Positions 1 through 9,729 of a stretch of DNA of 42,338 nucleotides are shown here, piece after piece. Where the stretch lies: positions 1 to 42,338 of the IMG/VR virus record IMGVR_UViG_3300027406_000005; one strand, 5' to 3'. The number at the start of each line of letters is the position of its first letter. Within the stretch, counting starts at the first letter, position 1. A program made the translations under genes and the position numbers. The notes under the pieces were generated by a model, which had not been told where the DNA came from, did not search any database, and worked only from the letters and a program-made list of their open reading frames with translations. The stretch comes from a virus. Its lineage: Duplodnaviria > Caudoviricetes.

Positions 1-1
1 T

Positions 2-766
2 TGGTATGATATGGATCGTTCTAAGAAATTATCAATGACTGCCAACTTAGATAAGGTAGATGATAATGTAGTTATTAATCAGATGATTGAATTAGCTCCA
101 TATGTAAAGACGTTAAAAATCATTGGAGGTGAGCCTCTTGTTATGAAGCAATACTATTCTGTATTGGATAGATTAGTGCAATCCGGCGAATCTAAAAACA
201 TTATAATAAAGTATCAAACAAATCTAACCAAGTTAAAGAATGGTAAACACAATTTTTTAAATTATATTCCCCATTTTAAAAAAGTTCTTATAACAGTTTC
301 TATTGATGCCGTGGGTAAGTATAATGATTATATTAGACGCAGATCATCATTCCAAGAAATTGAAGATAATATAGAAGCGTGTTCAAAATATAATAATGTT
401 GTAATAAATCTAAACTCTACACTATCGGTTCCAGGCATACTACGGTTTCATGAGATAGATGAATACACTAAGAACAATCCTCACATAAGAGATAACAGCC
501 ACTGGTTAATAAAGGATCCAAAACAGCTTAGAATAAATAATCTACCTAAACCATTAAAAGATAAACTAATACCATATTATAAAGATAATCCAAAATATGC
601 AGATGTAGTAAAGGCCTTAGAATTACCTGAAGAGGATGATGCAAACTTTAAAGAAATATGCAACTATTTAATGAAAGGCGATGAAGCATATAGAGGTACC
701 AAATGGGAGATGGAGTTATTTGATGTCTTTCCTGAACTAGAAGAATATTATAATGTTTCAGACTAA
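2..766 (+). CDS. Radical SAM protein (twitch/SPASM-type family), 5'-truncated by window edge
   Basis: The frame is open from base 2 (WYD-MDRS...). It has the IIGGEP motif, YQTNLT and VSIDAVG...YIR typical of radical SAM TIM barrels. The CxxxCxxC motif is not in the window and presumably lies upstream. Confidence 0.75.
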   Translation, partial: WYDMDRSKKLSMTANLDKVDDNVVINQMIELAPYVKTLKIIGGEPLVMKQYYSVLDRLVQSGESKNIIIKYQTNLTKLKNGKHNFLNYIPHFKKVLITVSIDAVGKYNDYIRRRSSFQEIEDNIEACSKYNNVVINLNSTLSVPGILRFHEIDEYTKNNPHIRDNSHWLIKDPKQLRINNLPKPLKDKLIPYYKDNPKYADVVKALELPEEDDANFKEICNYLMKGDEAYRGTKWEMELFDVFPELEEYYNVSD

Positions 767-1481
767 CCCTACAGCTGATTGGATTATAAATCAAGGTATT
801 AACTTTGAAGCGGGTATAACTTGTAGATTGAAGTGTCCAGGTTGTGCGCGCACATTCAACCCTACAGTATTAAAAGGAGCTAATGTTTATAGGTTAGACA
901 ATTATAAACCTATATTAGAAGCTGGTTATGAATTTGTATTTTGTGGTAATCACTCCGATCCAATTTATCACCCAGATTTTTTAGACACTATAGAATATCT
1001 AAACGACAATAATAAGTGTTTAGAAGTGGCTACTAATGGCAGTGGAATGACTGAAGACTGGTGGAAGAAAGCATTCTCATTAACAAATAAACATTCAAAC
1101 AAAGGATTTAAAACAAGACGTGTAGGTACTGAATGGATATTTGCTTTAGATGGTGTGCCTGAAGAGTCTCATAAGTATAGAGTAAATCAAGATGGTGTTC
1201 ATGTGTGGGAGATGATGAAGTTAGGAAGATCAATGGGCTGCGAGATAACTTGGCAGTATATTGTTTTTAATTATAATGAAAATGATATTGATCACTGTAT
1301 GCAGATGGCAAAAAATTACGGCATGAATTTTGATTTAATACACTCCACTAGATGGTGGCCATTAACCAACCATCTAAAACCATCAGAAGAATATATAGCT
1401 AAAAGACGAACAATCACAAATGGAATGTTTCATATTAATATGTCAGACATAGACCCTAAAACTAAAAGATTAAAAAAATAA
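753..1481 (+). CDS. Radical SAM protein (short, no C-terminal Fe-S extension), copy 1
   Basis: CRLKCPGC (CxxxCxxC), FCGNHSDP, ATNGS, FALDG, WQYIVFNYNE; paralog of 4422..5036. Confidence 0.85.
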   Translation: MFQTNPTADWIINQGINFEAGITCRLKCPGCARTFNPTVLKGANVYRLDNYKPILEAGYEFVFCGNHSDPIYHPDFLDTIEYLNDNNKCLEVATNGSGMTEDWWKKAFSLTNKHSNKGFKTRRVGTEWIFALDGVPEESHKYRVNQDGVHVWEMMKLGRSMGCEITWQYIVFNYNENDIDHCMQMAKNYGMNFDLIHSTRWWPLTNHLKPSEEYIAKRRTITNGMFHINMSDIDPKTKRLKK

Positions 1482-1483
1482 TT

Positions 1484-1771
1484 ATGACAAAGATAGCTCC
1501 AGATTGCTTACGACTTGAATTTGCAAAACAACTTATGTTTACAAGCAGAGGATACTTTTTACCTTGCTGCGAATGTGACACTAGAAATTCTCGTAAAGAG
1601 TTTGAACTGCTAGGTTTCTTTCAAGAAAAGTTTCATGTGGATAACCTTGAATCAGTTGAACAAGTAAAAGCTGTTATTAACTCTGATGAATGGCAGAATT
1701 TTTATAAAGACTTATTTAAAGATCCAGAAAATTCACCAGAAATATGTAAAGAATTTTGTAAGGCTAAATGA
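1484..1771 (+). CDS. Stand-alone Cys-rich SPASM/twitch-like protein, copy 1
   Basis: PDC...RGYFLPCCECD...ICKEFC resembles the C..G...PCC...CxxxC pattern of twitch/SPASM domains; paralog of 5026..5364. Confidence 0.65.
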   Translation: MTKIAPDCLRLEFAKQLMFTSRGYFLPCCECDTRNSRKEFELLGFFQEKFHVDNLESVEQVKAVINSDEWQNFYKDLFKDPENSPEICKEFCKAK

Positions 1772-2505
1772 TGAAAATAACATACGGTGATCAAACAATA
1801 GATTTCAAATGCCCTGATAAAGTTTTACTATCTTTGTCTGGTGGATTAGACTCAGCTTCGCTATTCTATCTTATATGTTTCCATTTTCCTGATACAGAGA
1901 TAGTGCCATATACAGGACAAGATGTTACAGCTCCTATGGATTATGAATGCGCTAAAGATATATTGCAGTATATGAGAGAAACATTTCCTACTGTAAATAT
2001 AAGAGACCATGATGTATATACATTTGATATTATGGATCCAGAATGGAGAGAATATGCTGCATCAAAGCGTGAGGAAGAAAAGATAACTTTACCAGATGGT
2101 ACAAAAATAGATAGATGTCCTAAACTCTCCGGTCTTGTTAAAATACTAATGCTTAGAAAGAATACAGAAAGGCTCCGTAAACAATATCCAGATCATTGGA
2201 TACTTACAGGTATGACTGCAAATCCACCTGTAGAAGAACAACACAAATACAATTTTTATAATGTGGCAGAACGGCGCAGGGATGATAGAACTGTTTCTCC
2301 ATGGTTTTATAATCAGCTGTATCAACCCTATGTAAATGTAGATAAGAAGTTTGTGGCTGGAGTATATAAGTTCCATAACTTAATGGATAAATTATATCCT
2401 TTTACGTCATCATGTGTGGGTAGCGAAAGAGATACAGAATATTTTACCAAAGGTTGTGGTAAATGTTTCTGGTGTAATGAAAAGAAATGGGCATTTGAGA
2501 CGTGA
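1768..2505 (+). CDS. QueC-like PP-loop ATPase (adenine nucleotide alpha-hydrolase family)
   Basis: SLSGGLDS PP-loop; C-terminal SSC...CGKCFWC Zn-binding cluster as in QueC; ATGA overlap with the upstream gene. Confidence 0.75.
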   Translation: MMKITYGDQTIDFKCPDKVLLSLSGGLDSASLFYLICFHFPDTEIVPYTGQDVTAPMDYECAKDILQYMRETFPTVNIRDHDVYTFDIMDPEWREYAASKREEEKITLPDGTKIDRCPKLSGLVKILMLRKNTERLRKQYPDHWILTGMTANPPVEEQHKYNFYNVAERRRDDRTVSPWFYNQLYQPYVNVDKKFVAGVYKFHNLMDKLYPFTSSCVGSERDTEYFTKGCGKCFWCNEKKWAFET

Positions 2506-3353
2506 TCAACATTGTTGTTACAAGCAAGCCAGTTGATGGCTTATTGCATTATAGCTATGAATACTGCTGTCAGCTTAATGCTAACGGTGTACCAGCACGT
2601 GTAGTTATTATACCTAGAGGTAAGTATCAGCACAAAGACTACATAAAATCATTAGATAAGAAATATAAGTATGTTGAGAATGTAGTAAACGACGATTACT
2701 GGCCAGAACCAGATGATGTTTCTATGACTCTTGGTCGTAGTATGGTATCAATACCCTATAAAGAACAAGCCAACTATGATATGGATCAGTTACTACTTTT
2801 ACATGAACTGTTTAAGAATAAACTGATATCGGTATATTCTGAGAACGATACAGAAAATTATAAACCAGCATTAGATTATTTTAAAACAAAACAAATAGTG
2901 GATCTGTGTGATACTGAAGTATATCCTAATGGAGTTGGTACACACTTTGAGAAAACAATTAACTTCTCATTATATAAAGATCCTATAGACGATAAAGACT
3001 TTGAATATTTGTTTTTAGGTACGAATAGAGAATACTATAAAGATATTGAGAAGGTAATTAAAGATTATGACGATCATGGTATTATAACATATAACGATGA
3101 CTATATTAATCCTAAACTAAACAATGTATTTGTACCTATAAATAACTTACTAGGAAAGTTTGGTACATATGTTTATACCAAATCTACCTTTGATCCAGCT
3201 CCTAGAATTTTTATGGAGTGTAAGTATTATAATAAAAAGATAATATATTTGAGAGATAAGTCAATACAAGATGGTGGTTCTGTTTATTGGAATAGGGAAC
3301 CAAAAACTCCAAATATAGAACCGATAGTGAGGGCATATGAAAATATCATATAA
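2502..3353 (+). CDS. Hypothetical protein, possibly GT-B fold glycosyltransferase-like
   Basis: GTG start overlaps the upstream TGA. C-terminal VYTKSTFDPAPRIFMECKYYNKKII loosely resembles the GT-B donor-binding motif. Confidence 0.4.
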   Translation: MINIVVTSKPVDGLLHYSYEYCCQLNANGVPARVVIIPRGKYQHKDYIKSLDKKYKYVENVVNDDYWPEPDDVSMTLGRSMVSIPYKEQANYDMDQLLLLHELFKNKLISVYSENDTENYKPALDYFKTKQIVDLCDTEVYPNGVGTHFEKTINFSLYKDPIDDKDFEYLFLGTNREYYKDIEKVIKDYDDHGIITYNDDYINPKLNNVFVPINNLLGKFGTYVYTKSTFDPAPRIFMECKYYNKKIIYLRDKSIQDGGSVYWNREPKTPNIEPIVRAYENII

Positions 3354-4419
3354 TGGTTGGGACAGAGAGTACCAAGAAAATAGAGAGATGTATCATATAC
3401 TTTTTGATCAAGCAATGGTCAAAGAAGTTGAAGGTAGTACCGAAGGTTTAGAATCAGCAATTGCTTCATACACGGGACGATCATATTGTGTAGCTGTGGC
3501 TAATGCTACAGATGCTCTTAGATTTTCTTTATGGGGAATAGGACCTGGTGATGAGGTTCTTGTTTCTGACTTCTCATGGATCTCTACATCATCTTGCATT
3601 TCTATGGTAGGTGCAACTCCAGTGTTTTGTGATATAGGTCTACATAGCTATCATATATCACTCGATAGCATTAAACGTATGACGACTAATAAAACTAAGG
3701 CACTAATCTACACTCATCTTTATGGTAGTATGTCTGATACAAAAGAGATAGAACATTGGTGTATCAATAATGGTATTAGATTCATAGAGGACTCTGCTCA
3801 GTCTCTTGGCTCATCACTTGGTGGACGTAAAGCAGGTACTATCGGAGAATGTTCATCATATAGTTTCAATGGTAATAAAGTTGTTGCTGGTATATCTGGC
3901 GGTGGTATGTTTATGACTGATAACAAAGAACATGCCGACTATGTAAAAAGAGTAAGACGCCATGGTAAAGATAAAGACTTTGCTGAACTAGGTTATAACT
4001 CAAAGATGTTTATCACCAATGCAGATATTATACAGTATAGATTAACTCAGATGCCTAAATGGCAAGAGAAGCGTAATCAGATAGCTGCCATTTATACCAA
4101 AGAATTAAAGTATGATGTTATATGCCAGAATATTCCAGTGGCACTAGAACACAACTTTCATAAGTTTGTTATAAGATTTGAAGATAAAGAACAACGTAAA
4201 AGAGTTAAAGATGGATTAAAGTCAATTGGTCTTAATGCAAGTATTCACTATGAAAAGCCTTTATCCGAAAATTCATTATATATAACAGAGCACCATAGAA
4301 AAGATAACTGCACAAATTCTCGCATAGCTTCTGATACTGTTATGTCTTTGCCTATACATGCTTGGCTAACTGATGAAGAAATAGATAAAATATGCAATAC
4401 AATTCTAATGCTATCTTAA
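3337..4419 (+). CDS. DegT/DnrJ/EryC1/StrS PLP-dependent sugar aminotransferase
   Basis: ANATDAL, GIGPGDEV, GATPVFCD, IEDSAQ, SFNGNK (PLP lysine), GGGMF, SLPIH. Confidence 0.93.
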   Translation: MKISYNGWDREYQENREMYHILFDQAMVKEVEGSTEGLESAIASYTGRSYCVAVANATDALRFSLWGIGPGDEVLVSDFSWISTSSCISMVGATPVFCDIGLHSYHISLDSIKRMTTNKTKALIYTHLYGSMSDTKEIEHWCINNGIRFIEDSAQSLGSSLGGRKAGTIGECSSYSFNGNKVVAGISGGGMFMTDNKEHADYVKRVRRHGKDKDFAELGYNSKMFITNADIIQYRLTQMPKWQEKRNQIAAIYTKELKYDVICQNIPVALEHNFHKFVIRFEDKEQRKRVKDGLKSIGLNASIHYEKPLSENSLYITEHHRKDNCTNSRIASDTVMSLPIHAWLTDEEIDKICNTILMLS

Positions 4420-4421
4420 CT

Positions 4422-5036
4422 ATGTTACAGCGACAAGCTGTTAATCTTGATATCACTCATCGATGCCCTCTTGAATGTCCTAGATGCCAACGTGCTACAT
4501 CGTTTACGTCCAAAGGTCTTAAAGTGCCAGGTCATGATATGAGTATAAAAGAATTTAGTAAAATAGTTGAACACTTTACACATATTAACTTTTGTGGGCA
4601 AGTATCTGATCCTGTTCATCATCCTAAATTCACTGAGTTTTTAGAACTGTTATATAAAAATAATAATACTGTATCTGTACATCATGCTACTGCAGCTAAA
4701 CCTAGAAAGTGGTATCCAAAGGCCTTTCAAGCCAATCCTAATGCTCGTTGGTGGTTTGGAATAGACGGGCTTCCTAACGAGAGTCATAAATATAGAATAA
4801 ACCAAGATGGAGAAAAACTGTTTGATATAATGGTCGAAGCCAAACAATATCTAAAACAAATTCCTGTATGGCAATACATAGTATTTAAATATAATGAAGA
4901 TCATATACAAGAAGCATATGAAATGGCTAAAAAAGCAGAAGTACAATTTATGATTGTAAACTCGTCACGATGGCTAGGAGAGAATGATGAGTATAGACCA
5001 TCAAAGGAACATAGCTTGAGTTTACATGATGGATGA
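4422..5036 (+). CDS. Radical SAM protein (short), copy 2
   Basis: CPLECPRC, FCGQVSDP, FGIDG, WQYIVFKYNE. Start moved to ATG 4422, 2 nt after the DegT stop. Confidence 0.85.
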   Translation: MLQRQAVNLDITHRCPLECPRCQRATSFTSKGLKVPGHDMSIKEFSKIVEHFTHINFCGQVSDPVHHPKFTEFLELLYKNNNTVSVHHATAAKPRKWYPKAFQANPNARWWFGIDGLPNESHKYRINQDGEKLFDIMVEAKQYLKQIPVWQYIVFKYNEDHIQEAYEMAKKAEVQFMIVNSSRWLGENDEYRPSKEHSLSLHDG

Positions 5037-5364
5037 ACTAGATCCAAAATGTCTTGATGGAAGACAAGAAGCATTTGCTATTACTAATAGAGGCGAACTC
5101 ATACCTTGTTGTTGGTTAGACAATCAAGTTAATAGAAAAGACCCTGATTATATAAAATTACTATTAGCTAGTTATATTTACGACTACGACTCGATAGAAG
5201 AAATTCTATTAACAGACGAATGGCTTGAGTTTCAAGAAAATCTAAAAAATGGTAAAGGGTTTACAATATGCCATTTAGTATGTAAGAAAAGAAATTCGCC
5301 ACAACATAAAAGAGAAACCTTTTATAATGATGATGGTAAAGAAAGTTATATAAAAGAAACATGA
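5026..5364 (+). CDS. Stand-alone Cys-rich SPASM/twitch-like protein, copy 2
   Basis: PKCL...RGELIPCCWLD...DEW..F...ICHLVC. Confidence 0.65.
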   Translation: MMDELDPKCLDGRQEAFAITNRGELIPCCWLDNQVNRKDPDYIKLLLASYIYDYDSIEEILLTDEWLEFQENLKNGKGFTICHLVCKKRNSPQHKRETFYNDDGKESYIKET

Positions 5365-6179
5365 TACCTAACATACAACAAATAAGAGAACAGGGTTACC
5401 TTGGTGTTGACTTCTATTTGTCTAAGTCTTGTAATAAGTCTTGTCACTATTGCACTGCTTGGACTTTACAGATGCGTAACCTTCATGTTGATATGGAGTT
5501 TCTCACTAGAACACTTGATGGCTTTGATGGGCATAAGGTTAATGTTAATTTACTTGGTGGCGAGCCAGGGCTAATCAAGAACCTTAAAGAAGTTATTACT
5601 AAGATTAAAGAGTACGACAACATAAAACTATCTGTGCTTTCTAATTCTCTTGTAAGAAAGTTTCATCCATATGTTTTGGAAGATCCTAACATCTATTATG
5701 TTGAGCATCTGGTATTAGATTTCCATGAAGATAAGATAGAGAAGCTAGGCAACTTTCCATTCTTTGCTGAGAATGATATGAACAATTATAATCTTGTTAT
5801 AAAGACACCAGGATACTTTGCTCATAGAGATAACCATGACTTATCTGAGATAGATCATAAGAACACTTTACTTAAAGAGTTTAATTCAAGGTCTCCAGAT
5901 TGGACTGAAACAACACAAGCACCAGAATTTGATAGACGTATGTGTGCTGCCTTTCCGAAGGTACCAGTGATAGACTTTGAGATACAAAAGATAAGACACT
6001 GCAGTAAGAAAGTAATCAAAGGTTCTAAACAGTTTGATGTAACATACGAGAACCTACAAAAGATGATGAATTTTGAACTATTTGGCTTTGAGAAGTATTG
6101 TATAGGCTGTACTGAATACATAGATAAAAGACCTCAAGAACAAATACTGAGAATAATGGAAGCTGGAGCTGTATTATGA
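5361..6179 (+). CDS. Radical SAM protein with C-terminal Cys cluster
   Basis: CNKSCHYC, LLGGEP, LSNS; C-terminal C...C...CIGC. Confidence 0.85.
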   Translation: MIPNIQQIREQGYLGVDFYLSKSCNKSCHYCTAWTLQMRNLHVDMEFLTRTLDGFDGHKVNVNLLGGEPGLIKNLKEVITKIKEYDNIKLSVLSNSLVRKFHPYVLEDPNIYYVEHLVLDFHEDKIEKLGNFPFFAENDMNNYNLVIKTPGYFAHRDNHDLSEIDHKNTLLKEFNSRSPDWTETTQAPEFDRRMCAAFPKVPVIDFEIQKIRHCSKKVIKGSKQFDVTYENLQKMMNFELFGFEKYCIGCTEYIDKRPQEQILRIMEAGAVL

Positions 6180-6943
6180 GAAAGACCTTGTTAGTAGGCG
6201 GTGATAGTTTTTCTGATCAGCGCTGTAACTCTTATGATGGAACAGACATTGTAACATGGCCTATTCTATTAGCTGAAAAACTAGATATGGATCTAGTGTG
6301 TTTAGCTCAATCAGGAGCAGGCAACGAGCAGATATATTCCTCTATACAAGACTATGTATGCAAAAACAATCCAGAAAATATAGGAATGGTTGTTGCTGCT
6401 TGGTCTAAATCAGAGAGAATGGACTATGAACTTGTTATGCATCACTCTAGTAGAAAATTGCCTAGAACATGGCATAACACTCGAGTAAGCCCACGAGGAG
6501 AATTATACCACTTTATAAGAAAAAGTATAAGAAACTTTTACAACTTACAGATGCTATGTGAGACTCATAATTTACCATATAAGCAGTTTCAAATGATTTC
6601 TCTATTTATGGATTATATATCCGAATATCATTCAGATGCATATGAAGAAACTAGATTGGACTGTATAAAATATATTAATGAATCGCCACAGTTCTTTCAT
6701 ATAGATAAGAGTAATTTTATAGGATGGCCTATCTATAATGAAGCCGGTGGTTTTGTTGTTGGAGATCATACAGTTCATCAACAATGGCGTGAGTTTCATA
6801 AACTTGCTAACGATAATCCTGATAGCTCATTCTTTAAAAGCGCTAAAGATGTTCCCCAGGATTATGTAATTGGACCTCATGATGGTCACCCTAATAAAAT
6901 AGGACACAGATTAATTATGGAATTTATACATGAAAATCTTTAG
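6176..6943 (+). CDS. SGNH/GDSL hydrolase-like (acyl esterase or transferase)
   Basis: GGDSFS block I, GAGN block II, DGHPN block V. Confidence 0.75.
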   Translation: MRKTLLVGGDSFSDQRCNSYDGTDIVTWPILLAEKLDMDLVCLAQSGAGNEQIYSSIQDYVCKNNPENIGMVVAAWSKSERMDYELVMHHSSRKLPRTWHNTRVSPRGELYHFIRKSIRNFYNLQMLCETHNLPYKQFQMISLFMDYISEYHSDAYEETRLDCIKYINESPQFFHIDKSNFIGWPIYNEAGGFVVGDHTVHQQWREFHKLANDNPDSSFFKSAKDVPQDYVIGPHDGHPNKIGHRLIMEFIHENL

Positions 6944-8438
6944 TGCAGCATTTGGTCCTCACGATCATAATACATATGATGGAACTTGGCATAACCAAAG
7001 GGAAAGATATACTCGTCGTAAGCATAATATACCTTGGCACTATGATGCATATCCTCATCATACTACAGTAGATAAAATGAATAGACAAGATAATACTTCA
7101 GGTCAAGAATTTTATAACGAGTATTGGAACATAGAAGACGATAATATATTTGCTTATACAACAACCATAGGCGGTGTTACTCAAATGCCTGATCTTGAAT
7201 TAAAAACAGAATTTATGGATTGGAAGCCTAATAACCTTTGGGACTATAAGAAAGATGGAAACATCTATTACATAGATCACCATCAATCACATGCAGCTTA
7301 TGCATACTTAAATTCCGGTTTTGATGAGTCAGACATATTAGCTATAGATGGTCGAGGGTACAAATACAATACAGTGTTCTTTGATAAGAATGGCACACCT
7401 CATGACTTAAACTTATCTATAGGTGAACTGTGGGATTATTTTTCAAAAGAATTAGGCTTTGGCACTCTTGGCGCAAGTAAAGTTATGGGATTGGTAGGTT
7501 ATGGCAAGTCACGTAAAATACTTATGAAACTTTATATGCTGTTAGATGAGTTTTGGAGTATGGAAGATAGAAAAGATAAGAAAATTTGGTATCAATTATG
7601 GAAAATTGTTCAGCAAGAAAATCCAAGACATATAGCATATACTTTACAGCAAGCAACTCAAGAAAGAATTATGGATGCTGTAAAGAAATATAAGACTAGC
7701 GACAACTTGTGCGTCACAGGTGGTGTAGCATATAATGGATATATGAATGAATTACTAACAGAAGAATGGAAGAATGTTTTTGTTCCACCTGCTCCTGGTG
7801 ATGAAGGCCAAGCACTTGGAACATATATGCATGCTGACTATACTCTTAATAACAATATTCATATACCAGATGTGTATGCAGGTAAAGAGTATGAATTTAT
7901 TGGTGATGAGAAAGTAGATATAAAAGAAGTTGCTCAAGCTATTGCTGATGGCAAGATCATTGGTTGGTTTCAAGGTAAGTCTGAAAGTGGACACAGAGCA
8001 TTAGGTAATAGAAGTATTCTTGCAGATCCTAGAAATCCTAAAATAAAAAGTATTATCAATCACACAATAAAACAACGTGAAGACTTCAGACCCTTCGCTC
8101 CATCTGTACTTGAAGAACATTATCAAGATTACTTTGATACTAAATCACCAAGCCCTTATATGTCTCGAATAGTAAAAGTAAAGTCTAATAAGATTCCTGG
8201 TGTGACTCACGTTGATAATACATCTCGTATTCAGACAGTGAACAGAGAACAGAATGAGAAGTTTTATGATCTAATCAATGAGTTTTATAAGATTACTGGA
8301 GTGCCGATGTTACTTAACACTAGCTTTAATTGTCAAGAGCCTATTGTAGAGACTCCAGAGGAAGCTATAGATACCTTTAATAGAACTGAAATGGATATAT
8401 TAGTAATTAATGATTATATCATGCGTAAAATGGGGTAA
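6930..8438 (+). CDS. Carbamoyltransferase (NodU/CmcH/TobZ family)
   Basis: DHHQSHA, IDGRG, KVMGL, GGVAYN, GDEGQALG, GWFQG.SE.G.RALGNRSILADP, REDFRPFAP, LNTSFN..EPIVETP. Confidence 0.95.
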   Translation: MKIFSAAFGPHDHNTYDGTWHNQRERYTRRKHNIPWHYDAYPHHTTVDKMNRQDNTSGQEFYNEYWNIEDDNIFAYTTTIGGVTQMPDLELKTEFMDWKPNNLWDYKKDGNIYYIDHHQSHAAYAYLNSGFDESDILAIDGRGYKYNTVFFDKNGTPHDLNLSIGELWDYFSKELGFGTLGASKVMGLVGYGKSRKILMKLYMLLDEFWSMEDRKDKKIWYQLWKIVQQENPRHIAYTLQQATQERIMDAVKKYKTSDNLCVTGGVAYNGYMNELLTEEWKNVFVPPAPGDEGQALGTYMHADYTLNNNIHIPDVYAGKEYEFIGDEKVDIKEVAQAIADGKIIGWFQGKSESGHRALGNRSILADPRNPKIKSIINHTIKQREDFRPFAPSVLEEHYQDYFDTKSPSPYMSRIVKVKSNKIPGVTHVDNTSRIQTVNREQNEKFYDLINEFYKITGVPMLLNTSFNCQEPIVETPEEAIDTFNRTEMDILVINDYIMRKMG

Positions 8439-9729
8439 CAAGTTTAGTCACGAACACGTGAATAGATTATATACAATGGTATCTAATAACATAGACATAC
8501 CATTTACATTTGTTTGTCATACAGAAAACTCAGATAACATACATGAAGATATACAAATAAAACCTTTAGATACTTCTTTAGGTTTAGAAAACTGGTGGTG
8601 GAAACTAACTCTATTCGACCAAGAACCAGATCAACATATGTTCTTTGATCTTGATGTGGTTATACAAAACAATCTACAGCCTATTATTGATAGCATAAGA
8701 CCTAACAAGCTCTGTATGGTAAAAGCCTTTTGGAAAGACTATGAGCTAAAAGGTAATGATATGAATTATAACTCTTCAGTTATGGTTTGGAGTGGCGATC
8801 TATCTCATATATGGAATAAGTTTAAAGAAGACATTGATCACTATACTTGGGCATATAATGGCATAGACGGCTTCTTATACCATGAGATAAAAGATATAAA
8901 CACCTTTCCAGAAAAGCTAATCTACTCCAGACTATTTGGTATTGATAAAGATAACTGTTACACATATGGCGACTTTAAGGGATACTATGGTATGCCAGAT
9001 TATACAGTATGTATCTTTAATGGTTGGAGACGTGATAAGAAAGATGGCAAGTATCTGTTAGATGACTATGGCTATAAAGGTATGGAACATTACTGGAATG
9101 GTAAAGATAACTTTACGGGTATTGATACAAGAGTTTGGGAAGCTCTATGGGAGTGTGAGTATTCAGGTGGTGATACTAAACATTTCTTAGACAGTATGTC
9201 GCCTAATCAAGTTGCATCTAAGCAATGGTTAATAGAAAATGTTAAAGAACATCATCAGCTTAGTATAAACAAAGTTCAGTTATGGGGTGGATGGTTTGCT
9301 CACCCTATATCCTCTATGCTTGTAAATGATTTATACTCAGTCAATAGAATAACTAATCTCGACATAGATGATAACGCTCTACACTATTGCAGGTTATTAA
9401 ATTCTCACCTTAAATATCTTCATGTATTAGATACTCATTGTGCAGATGTATTAGATAAACATAAAACAGATATTGATACTGACTTGGTTATTAACACATC
9501 ATCTGAACATATGCCACCATTACATACTATACTAGCAAAGAAAGAATATAAAGACAACTGTCTCTTTGCTGTACAAAGTAATAATATGTTCCATGTACCA
9601 GATCATATCAACTGTGTGAATAGTGAAGATGAGCTAGTTGAGAATACTGGTCTCAAAGAAATATTATATAAAGGTTCTTTAGATATGCCAAATGGGTATA
9701 AAAGATTTATGGTGATAGGATATGCGTAG
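8410..9729 (+). CDS. GT-A glycosyltransferase fused to a class I SAM-methyltransferase-like domain
   Basis: N-terminal CVKWGNKF, WWWKLTLF, FFDLDVVI (DxD), NSSVM; C-terminal SKQWL, GGWF, NLDID, VINTSSEHM, QSNN, RFMVIG. Confidence 0.7.
   Translation: MIISCVKWGNKFSHEHVNRLYTMVSNNIDIPFTFVCHTENSDNIHEDIQIKPLDTSLGLENWWWKLTLFDQEPDQHMFFDLDVVIQNNLQPIIDSIRPNKLCMVKAFWKDYELKGNDMNYNSSVMVWSGDLSHIWNKFKEDIDHYTWAYNGIDGFLYHEIKDINTFPEKLIYSRLFGIDKDNCYTYGDFKGYYGMPDYTVCIFNGWRRDKKDGKYLLDDYGYKGMEHYWNGKDNFTGIDTRVWEALWECEYSGGDTKHFLDSMSPNQVASKQWLIENVKEHHQLSINKVQLWGGWFAHPISSMLVNDLYSVNRITNLDIDDNALHYCRLLNSHLKYLHVLDTHCADVLDKHKTDIDTDLVINTSSEHMPPLHTILAKKEYKDNCLFAVQSNNMFHVPDHINCVNSEDELVENTGLKEILYKGSLDMPNGYKRFMVIGYA

Noticed and set aside
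753-2505. Canonical queE-queC deazaguanine DNA modification operon
   Set aside because: The radical SAM proteins lack recognisable QueE motifs, and no folE, queD or dpdA is in the window. It cannot be excluded for the rest of the genome.
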